From the NCBI GenBank assembly GCA_965213925.1, contig OZ243927.1, forward strand, positions 1,152,001 to 1,216,000: DNA of 64,000 nt, written 5' to 3'. Below the pieces are notes generated by a model. The model did no database searches, was not told where the DNA came from, and saw nothing but the letters and a program-made list of their open reading frames with translations. Numbering within the stretch: position 1 is the stretch's first letter; each line of letters opens with the position of its first letter. A program made the translations under genes and the position numbers. Of this stretch, positions 57,334 to 64,000 are shown one piece after another. Origin of the DNA: Trueperaceae bacterium (GTDB taxonomy: Bacteria > Deinococcota > Deinococci > Deinococcales > Trueperaceae).

Positions 57334-57750
57334 CTAAGCCTCCCCTTGCAAAAACGCCTCTAACATCTTTTTGTCTTCCTCGAAGCTGAGTTGCGCGAGC
57401 GCCCGCTTCGGCGCGAAGAAGTCACCTTCTTGAAAGAGTGCCTCGCGCAGGGTGGGCTTGGGTGCGTCCGTACGTAGCGCGAAATAGGTGATCTCTCTGA
57501 GTTCGCCCCGGTTGTTGTGGTAGCGCGTCGTGTAGGTTCTGCTCTCGTCGGGGCACGTCGCGACGACGCCCCCTTCCTCTTCGACCTCGCGCAGCGCCGC
57601 CTCTAAGGGGGTCTCGCCGGGCTCTATGTGCCCTTTCGGAAAGACCCAACTGCCGCTTTTGTGTTTGAGCAAAAGCACGTCGCCCTGCGCGTTGCGCACT
57701 ACGCCGCCCGCCCCTGGCATCGCTGATTCCGAGGATTGTTCTGACACCAC
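57334..57750 (-). CDS. NUDIX hydrolase
   Basis: Nudix box FPKGHIEPGETPLEAALREVEEEGG. Confidence 0.92.
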   Translation of the reverse strand: MVSEQSSESAMPGAGGVVRNAQGDVLLLKHKSGSWVFPKGHIEPGETPLEAALREVEEEGGVVATCPDESRTYTTRYHNNRGELREITYFALRTDAPKPTLREALFQEGDFFAPKRALAQLSFEEDKKMLEAFLQGEA

Positions 57751-57758
57751 TTGCCCCC

Positions 57759-59435
57759 TTACGGTTGCTGCGCGAAAACGCCGCCCTGCTCAAAAAAGGT
57801 GATGATGCCGTCCGCGATGGCGACGGCGAGCGTGGTCTGATAGGCGTCGGTGGCGAGCTTGGGACCCTCTTCGGGGTTCGAGACGAAGCCCGTCTCTACC
57901 AAAATCGCGGGCGTGCGGGCGTTCCTGATGACGTAGAAGATGTTCTTCTGCACGCCTCTGTCGGTTGCGCCCGTCGCGCTGACCATACGGTCTTGCACCA
58001 TATTGGCGAGCGTCCAGCTGTAGTTGAGCTGCTCCTCGCGGAACACTTCGCCCTCGATGCCCGCGACGACTTGCGCCTCTTCAGTCAGCGCCGCGCCGAC
58101 TGCGCCGCCGCCGTTCTCTTCAACGGCGCGGCTCACAAGCGTGTCGTTGAGCGGCTGACCGAAGACCCACGTTTCTACACCTTGTGCGTTTGCGTCTTCG
58201 GCAGCGTTGGCGTGGATGGATAGGAAGAGGTTGTGCTTGTCCGAGGTGGCGAGGTCCGCCCGCGCCGCCAAATCCGCCCGCTTTTCGCGTTGAAGGGCGT
58301 AATCGTCATCCCTAGTCAAAATCACCTCGATACCGTTCGCCTCTAAGATATCGCGCACCTTGAGCGAAATCGCCAAGACGACCTCTTCCTCACTCGCGTA
58401 GCCCTGCGCGCCGGGGTCTCTGCCGCCGTGTCCGGGGTCGATGACCACCGTATGCGTAATACCTTCGGGCGTGCGTACCTCTTGTGATCCAGCGGGAGCC
58501 GCTCTCAACGTCTCGGCGGGTTGTCCTTGCAACCCTGGACCGAAGTCCACGTAGAGCACCTCACGCTGCCGTTCGCTCGTCGTGGGCAAAAGCCCGACCT
58601 CATAGCCTTGTCCCTCCGGGCTCAGCGGATGGTTTGTCTGGACGACGAGCGCCAAGTTACCGTCCACGGAGGTGTAGCCGAGGCCCTTGAGGTGCGCCCC
58701 CTCCTCCTCCCGGTTAAACGCCTCGCCGCGCAACCCCGGAAAGGCAATGACCATATTCGATTCGTTGACTAAAACTGTGTAGGACGCCCCTTCGGGCAAG
58801 TCGAGCGCGACGCGCGTCTTCTCGGCGTGAACGCCTACGCGCGGTTTTTCCAGCGTGACCTCTTGGGTGGGTTCCGGTTGAGCGGCTTCGGGAGAGGTCT
58901 CCGCGATGTTCTCGGTCGTATCTTGCACTGTATCCAGTTCACCAGAGTCTGGCTCATTAGAGGGTGTATTGACTTCGCTAGCGGTGAACTCGAGGGGAAT
59001 AAGCCGCGCTTCGCTATCCCAGCCCGCCGTGCCCCCTAACGCCCTCATCAATGGGTTGATGGCGACGTAGCCCTGTCCACCCGCAAGAATAATCTGCGGG
59101 CTCTCAAACGTTTCGCCGTCTACGCTTACCGTCCCTGAGCGCTCGTTCAAACCGCGCTGAACGTCATCGGTGGCGGCGAAGGTGACGGCTCTGCCGCCCT
59201 GACTGAAATAGAACGCGCCCGTGTTCGGATTGTAACTGTAGCCCACGCCTAGCACGTCAGCGAGCAAGTCAACGCGGGCGAAGGCGTCGGTGCTGTTGCC
59301 CTCCGCGATGAAATAATAAGGTCCGACCTCATCCAAGAGGAGTTCGCCCTCATAGCCCAGGTAGTTGTGCTGCTCTTGCGCAAAGGCAGAGCTGAACATA
59401 AGGATAAAAGAGAAGATGACAGCAAGATATTTCAC
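57759..59435 (-). CDS. N-acetylmuramoyl-L-alanine amidase (Amidase_3) with signal peptide and AMIN-like domain
   Basis: VVIDPGHGGRDPGA, FLSIHANA and PAILVETGFVSNPEE. Confidence 0.92.
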   Translation of the reverse strand: MKYLAVIFSFILMFSSAFAQEQHNYLGYEGELLLDEVGPYYFIAEGNSTDAFARVDLLADVLGVGYSYNPNTGAFYFSQGGRAVTFAATDDVQRGLNERSGTVSVDGETFESPQIILAGGQGYVAINPLMRALGGTAGWDSEARLIPLEFTASEVNTPSNEPDSGELDTVQDTTENIAETSPEAAQPEPTQEVTLEKPRVGVHAEKTRVALDLPEGASYTVLVNESNMVIAFPGLRGEAFNREEEGAHLKGLGYTSVDGNLALVVQTNHPLSPEGQGYEVGLLPTTSERQREVLYVDFGPGLQGQPAETLRAAPAGSQEVRTPEGITHTVVIDPGHGGRDPGAQGYASEEEVVLAISLKVRDILEANGIEVILTRDDDYALQREKRADLAARADLATSDKHNLFLSIHANAAEDANAQGVETWVFGQPLNDTLVSRAVEENGGGAVGAALTEEAQVVAGIEGEVFREEQLNYSWTLANMVQDRMVSATGATDRGVQKNIFYVIRNARTPAILVETGFVSNPEEGPKLATDAYQTTLAVAIADGIITFFEQGGVFAQQP

Positions 59436-59529
59436 TCTGTAAGCGAGTCTAACACGCTTTGTGAAAGAGATTGCTGAGAAATTTGTAACATTTGAGGGTG
59501 CGGCAGGAGTGAGCCTAGCGGGATGGCCA

Positions 59530-59587
59530 ATAGATAGAAGTAAGAATTGAGCATTTCATTTCTCACGTCTCACTTCCTACTTCTCAT
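59530..59587. repeat. Inverted heptamer tandem array
   Basis: Purine-rich arm TAGATAG AAGTAAG AATTGAG, then TTTCTCA CGTCTCA CTTCCTA CTTCTCA. Confidence 0.55.
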
Positions 59588-59651
59588 GTACACCGCCCCG
59601 CTCAACCTCTCCCCATAGACGTTCCCGCCGTCCTCCTGCTAGGCTACACGG

Positions 59652-60962
59652 ATGACGACGCTGCTCCGCGCCCAGCTCTTCCACACGCCTAAAAACCCCT
59701 TCACCGAAGCGGACGCCTTAGAGGTTTATGGAGATGGCGCGGTGGCGTTTGTAGGGGGGCGTATTCGCGACGTAGGGGCATTTGGCGACCTTCGTGCTCA
59801 ATATTCCGAAGCCGATGTCGTAGATAGACGAGACTGCGTGCTCCTACCTGGTTTGGTGGATACCCACGTACATTATCCGCAGGTGCGGATTATCGGCGCT
59901 ATGGGGCTCAAGTTGCTGGACTGGCTGAGCGAGCGCACGTTACCCGAAGAGGCGCGGCTGGCGGATATGGGTTATGCAAAAGAGGTGGCAGGGTCCTTTG
60001 TCCGTTCCCTCTTACATAACGGTACCACCACCGCCCTCGTCTTCGGCTCGCACTTCGCCAACGCGCAAGAGATCTTGTTCGAGGAGGCGGAGCGTACGGG
60101 GCTGAGGATGACGAGCGGGCTCGTGTTATCGGATAGGAATTTGCTGGGTGAACTCGAGTCCACCCCCACAAGGTGCTACGAGGAGAGCACCGCGCTGCTG
60201 GGGAGGTGGCACGGACGCGGACGGCTGCGCTACGCCGTCACGCCGCGCTTCTCGGTATCGTGCAGTGAGGACATCTTGGAGGTGTGCGGCGCACTCTTGC
60301 GCGAACACCAGGGGCTCTTCTTTCAGACGCACCTCAACGAGAGCGAAGAGGAGATTCGCGTCGTCCGTGAGCTTTTTCCGTGGGCAGAGGATTATTTGGA
60401 AACCTACGAACGCTTTAGTTTGGTCGGTCAAAATTCGGTCTTCGCGCACGACGTTCACGTGACGGAGGGTGAGCTTTCGAGGCTTACCGAAGCGGACGCA
60501 GGGGTAGCGCACTGTCCCTCCTCCAACGCCTTTATCGGGAGCGGGCTGTTCGACATGGTGCGGCACGTCGCGCACGGCGTCCCCTTCGCGCTCGGCACGG
60601 ACGTCGGCGGCGGCACGGGGTTTAGTCTCTTAAAAGAGGGGTTGATGGCGTACCAGACACAGATGCTGCGCAGTGTCGATGAGAAGGGCTATCCGCTCAG
60701 CCCGGCGCATCTGCTCTACCTAGCGACACAAGCCGGGGCGAACGTGCTCAACTTAGGTGATGAGGTCGGCAGTCTGGCAGTGGGTAAGAGCGCGGATTTC
60801 GTCCTCTTGCGTCCGCCCGAAAAGAGCAGTCTAGCCGAAGTGTTAGCGCACAGCCCCTCGGCGGAGGCGAGTTTGGGCACTTTGTTTACATTGGCAAGAG
60901 AAGACTGTGTGCAAGAGGTCTACTTAGCCGGTGAGCCAAAGCTGACCGGACGTTACGAGTGA
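59652..60962 (+). CDS. guaD: Guanine deaminase
   Basis: PGLVDTHVHYPQ, YAVTPRF, QTHLNES, HCPSSN..GSGLF and LGTDVGGG. Confidence 0.93.
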   Translation: MTTLLRAQLFHTPKNPFTEADALEVYGDGAVAFVGGRIRDVGAFGDLRAQYSEADVVDRRDCVLLPGLVDTHVHYPQVRIIGAMGLKLLDWLSERTLPEEARLADMGYAKEVAGSFVRSLLHNGTTTALVFGSHFANAQEILFEEAERTGLRMTSGLVLSDRNLLGELESTPTRCYEESTALLGRWHGRGRLRYAVTPRFSVSCSEDILEVCGALLREHQGLFFQTHLNESEEEIRVVRELFPWAEDYLETYERFSLVGQNSVFAHDVHVTEGELSRLTEADAGVAHCPSSNAFIGSGLFDMVRHVAHGVPFALGTDVGGGTGFSLLKEGLMAYQTQMLRSVDEKGYPLSPAHLLYLATQAGANVLNLGDEVGSLAVGKSADFVLLRPPEKSSLAEVLAHSPSAEASLGTLFTLAREDCVQEVYLAGEPKLTGRYE

Positions 60963-61468
60963 GTCTTCGTCGGTCTCTTCCGGTTCGGCGCACTGCGAGG
61001 GTAGCTCGCCACCTTCTCTTTCTCGGTCTCTACACGCTCGGTGTCCTCGTCCACCTCTTCCGCCTGCACCTTTGTGACCGGCGCGTCGTCTGAACCGTCG
61101 TCTATCACAACGTTCTGAACGGGTTCGCGGCGGGCGGAGAAGGAGTCCTCCAACTGAAGCTGCTTGCGCTGCTCCAGCTGCTTGCGAAACTTCTCGTCGC
61201 CCACGAGTTGATACGCGCCGCCCTCCAGGTGATCGTAGACCGCTTTATAGCTCTGCGTGAGGTTGTCCACCAGCTCCGCTGTCCGCAGGAAGTGCTCGCT
61301 CACGTCCTCGCGGTACACCTCTAGCTCTTCGGTCTTGGCGTCGAGTTCTTCTTGCAGTTTTTTAAGCCTGCGCGAGTTGCGGTAGCGCAGCGTGAAGAAG
61401 GCGAAGCCTAGAATGCTGCCCACCACGAAGACCACCACGACGAAAAGCCAAAAATTCTCGATATACAT
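60953..61468 (-). CDS. YhcB/ZapG (DUF1043)-like membrane-anchored coiled-coil protein
   Basis: N-terminal TM, then ELEVYREDVSEHFLRTAELVDNLTQSYKAVYDHL; ATG 61468 with GGAGG SD. Confidence 0.8.
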   Translation of the reverse strand: MYIENFWLFVVVVFVVGSILGFAFFTLRYRNSRRLKKLQEELDAKTEELEVYREDVSEHFLRTAELVDNLTQSYKAVYDHLEGGAYQLVGDEKFRKQLEQRKQLQLEDSFSARREPVQNVVIDDGSDDAPVTKVQAEEVDEDTERVETEKEKVASYPRSAPNRKRPTKTHS

Positions 61469-61916
61469 GTAACCTCCTACCGAAGAGAGCGCCGAGTGGA
61501 GCGTGCCACTCTTGGCGTTCGGGTTATTCGTATAGATTTCAAAGCGACCACTGCGTAAACCCCTTCGGATTCGATGTTTCCCAGCGGAGGTGCCAACGTG
61601 AAGCGCGCCGGAGTCCGTATTCGTTACACTCCGAGTCATTCTTAACGACTACCCGGAAACGGTGTAAGCCGCGATCACTTCTCTAGCGTCTGCTCGCCGG
61701 GAAAACGCAAACTCTATTCCTACAGTTTAAGCCAACTCTCTCGAGGAGAGGTGTGATTTGTAGGAAAGCTCTGTGAGGTAGCGTGATCAGGGCTGCCCCT
61801 CGAGGCGCTCTAAGGTTCGCCCCCGCCCCTGCAAACGCTATGAGCAACACCGCACTTAGCGGATACCTGCTAGTCGGCATCTACTCGGCGCTGTACGGCG
61901 CCCCCGCCTGATCACC

Positions 61917-63668
61917 TCAGGTTTCTCCCCTGACCAGCTTGCCACTCGGTTGCGCTAAAGAGGACGCTTGACTTGCCGGGCTTACCCGCTGCTGCCACGG
62001 CGTTGCCCCGACTATGTCCAACGCTCCCTCAACCGACAGGTGAGCGACTCGCTCCCCGAACGTCTCATACCAGCCCGCTTTGGTCGCTAGGTCGCGCACC
62101 GGACCCTTCATCCCCGCGATGTGAACCGTCACGCCCTGCGCAGCGAGTTCCTTCATCCGCGCCTCTAGCGTGTCAAGCGCCACCGCGTCCACGCCGTTGA
62201 CCGCCGAAAAGTCCAGAATGATGTGCGCCACATCGGGTCGGTCGGTGGCGATATCGTCTAAGAGACCCTCTAAGTACGCCATGTTCGCGAAGTAGAGCGC
62301 CGCGTCCACCCTGAGAATATATACTCCCTGATAAGTCCGCGCTTCGGGGTAGCGGCTGACGTTTCGGAACACATCCTCTTCCGGCAGATAGCCGAGTTCT
62401 GCCGTGTGCGGATAGGCGCTCCGCCAGATGAAGACGAGCAGGCTGAACCCTACACCGGTGAGAAGCCCCGTTTCGACGCCTAAGACGAGCGTGCCGACAA
62501 AGGTGATGAGAAGCGTCCAGCCGTCCACGGGTTTGAGCCGGAAGAGGTGGACGGGTTCTTTGAGGTCGATGAGCCCGAACACTGCCACCATGACGATGGC
62601 GGCGAGCACCGCGTTCGGCAAGTAGGTGAAGAGCGGCGTTAAAAAGAGTAGCGTGAGGATGACGAGCAGCGCAGTGATAACAGAGGCTAGGGGCGTTTTC
62701 GCGCCTGCTTGGTAGTTGACCGCCGTGCGCGAGAACCCACCCGTCACCGGATAGGCGCGGAAGAGCGAGCCGACCACGTTGGCGAGACCCAAGCCGACCA
62801 GCTCGCGGTTGGCGTCCACCTTGTACTTCTCCTTGCTGGCAACCGACTTAGCAACCGCGATGGACTCCATAAAGGACACGAAGGAGATGGTTGTGGCGGT
62901 GGGCAAGAGGGCGCGGAGCGACTCGAGGCTCAGCGCGGGAAGGGCGAAGCCGGGCAGTCCTCTCGGCACCTCTCCCACAGTGCCGACCCCGTACTCGCTG
63001 AGCCCGAAGAGGTACACCGCCAACGTACTCACGACGACGACTAAGAGCGGCGCGGGAAAGCGTTTGGCGTAGCGTTTGAAGAGGAGCAGCGTAAGGATGC
63101 TGAGCGCCCCTACCGCGAGCGTGACGAGGTTCGTCTCCCCGAGGTTGCGCCCCGCTTCCCACAGGGTCGCAAAGACGTTCTCGCTGCGCTCAAGCTGGAT
63201 GCCCAAGAGGTGCCCCAGCTGGCTCAACCCGATGACGAGCGCCGCCGCCGAGGTGAAGCCGCTGATGACGGCGTGGGAGAGGAAGTTCGTGATGAAGCCC
63301 GCCCGAAGGAGCCCGAGTGCGAACTGGATGACGCCGACCATCAGCGCGAGCAGCGCCGCTAAGGTGATGAATTCGGCGCTGCCTGGTTCTGCGAGGAGTG
63401 ACACGCCAGAAAGCGTGAGGAGCGAGACGATGGCGACGGGACCCACCGCGAGTTGTTTTGAGCTGCCGAAGAGCGCGTAGATTACAAGGGGAACGGTTGA
63501 GGCGTAGAGACCCGTTACCGGAGGTAGCCCCGCCAGAAGCGCGTACGCCATTCCCTGCGGCACCAGCATCACCGCGACGATAACCCCCGCCATGAGGTCG
63601 GCGGGCAAGTCACGTTTGTCATAGCGTTTAAGCCACCTCAAGGCGGGGAGGAGAGTCTCGAGCTTCAT
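61917..63668 (-). CDS. sulP: SulP family anion permease with STAS domain
   Basis: PQGMAYALLAGLPPVTGLYAS, TGGFSRTAVN and LYFAN..ILDFSAVNGVD. Confidence 0.94.
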   Translation of the reverse strand: MKLETLLPALRWLKRYDKRDLPADLMAGVIVAVMLVPQGMAYALLAGLPPVTGLYASTVPLVIYALFGSSKQLAVGPVAIVSLLTLSGVSLLAEPGSAEFITLAALLALMVGVIQFALGLLRAGFITNFLSHAVISGFTSAAALVIGLSQLGHLLGIQLERSENVFATLWEAGRNLGETNLVTLAVGALSILTLLLFKRYAKRFPAPLLVVVVSTLAVYLFGLSEYGVGTVGEVPRGLPGFALPALSLESLRALLPTATTISFVSFMESIAVAKSVASKEKYKVDANRELVGLGLANVVGSLFRAYPVTGGFSRTAVNYQAGAKTPLASVITALLVILTLLFLTPLFTYLPNAVLAAIVMVAVFGLIDLKEPVHLFRLKPVDGWTLLITFVGTLVLGVETGLLTGVGFSLLVFIWRSAYPHTAELGYLPEEDVFRNVSRYPEARTYQGVYILRVDAALYFANMAYLEGLLDDIATDRPDVAHIILDFSAVNGVDAVALDTLEARMKELAAQGVTVHIAGMKGPVRDLATKAGWYETFGERVAHLSVEGALDIVGATPWQQRVSPASQASSLAQPSGKLVRGET

Positions 63669-63682
63669 TTAGACCTTTTCAC

Positions 63683-64000
63683 CTAAACCTGGGCAGTCTC
63701 TTGAACACCTTCGGAGACGGGTTTGCCCGCTTCTTGCCAAGCGGCGAAGCTGCCCTCTAATTCGACGAGGTTGCTAAAGCCTGCCTCTCGTAGGGCGCTC
63801 GCCACCACCGCGTTACGTGCGCCGCTCTGACAATGCGTGACGAGGGGGCGGTCTTGGGGTAACTCATCCAAGCTCCACATCACGCGACCGGCGTGAAGTT
63901 GACGCGCGCCCGGGATGTGTCCACTCGCGTACTCACTGGCGGTGCGCACGTCGAGGACGAAAGCGTTCTTCATTCCCTCTAATTCATCCGGCGAGACGCT
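63683..64000 (-). CDS. Rhodanese domain, 3' part of a longer gene truncated by the window edge
   Basis: VLDVR..GHIPGA, HCQSGAR and LEGSFAAW; the frame stays open to base 64000. Confidence 0.85.
   Translation of the reverse strand, partial: SVSPDELEGMKNAFVLDVRTASEYASGHIPGARQLHAGRVMWSLDELPQDRPLVTHCQSGARNAVVASALREAGFSNLVELEGSFAAWQEAGKPVSEGVQETAQV

Noticed and set aside
582..63480. Numerous antisense and alternate-frame ORFs of 60-240 aa overlapping confident genes
   Set aside because: These are expected shadows in GC-rich coding DNA, with no recognisable motifs or translation signals.

Overview
Bacterial chromosomal window of roughly 60% GC. It most likely comes from a Deinococcota (Trueperaceae-like) organism; this is inferred from a MoaD-MoaE fusion, many apparently leaderless genes, the Crp-family regulator and the overall gene style. 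Most of it is housekeeping, stress and transport genes: an M23 peptidase, Uma2 nuclease, aceK, hrcA, a pfpI-to-topoisomerase IB stress cluster, a RIO kinase, an ars operon with an aquaporin, an mrpA-G antiporter with frameshifted mrpD, a toxin-antitoxin cluster with decayed members, a TRAP transporter beside a hydantoinase/oxoprolinase pair, zwf, pta, an amidase, guaD, a YhcB-like gene and sulP. The standout is a 12-kb three-gene operon (43630-55640) of large lipoproteins. The first is an Ig/PKD stalk ending in a cohesin-like domain. The other two are glycan-binding (malectin) proteins that share a near-identical 905-bp N-terminal lipobox-cohesin-dockerin cassette. This looks like a non-cellulosomal cohesin-dockerin surface assembly, with a candidate attenuator upstream and strong intergenic stem-loops. 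Other observations are a short dispersed GCAGGTATC element, heptamer inverted arrays, REP-like long palindromes, abundant CTCGAG, and a putative leader peptide before the RIO kinase. No rRNA, tRNA, CRISPR array or transposase was recognised. All calls come from reading the sequence by eye; no searches were run.
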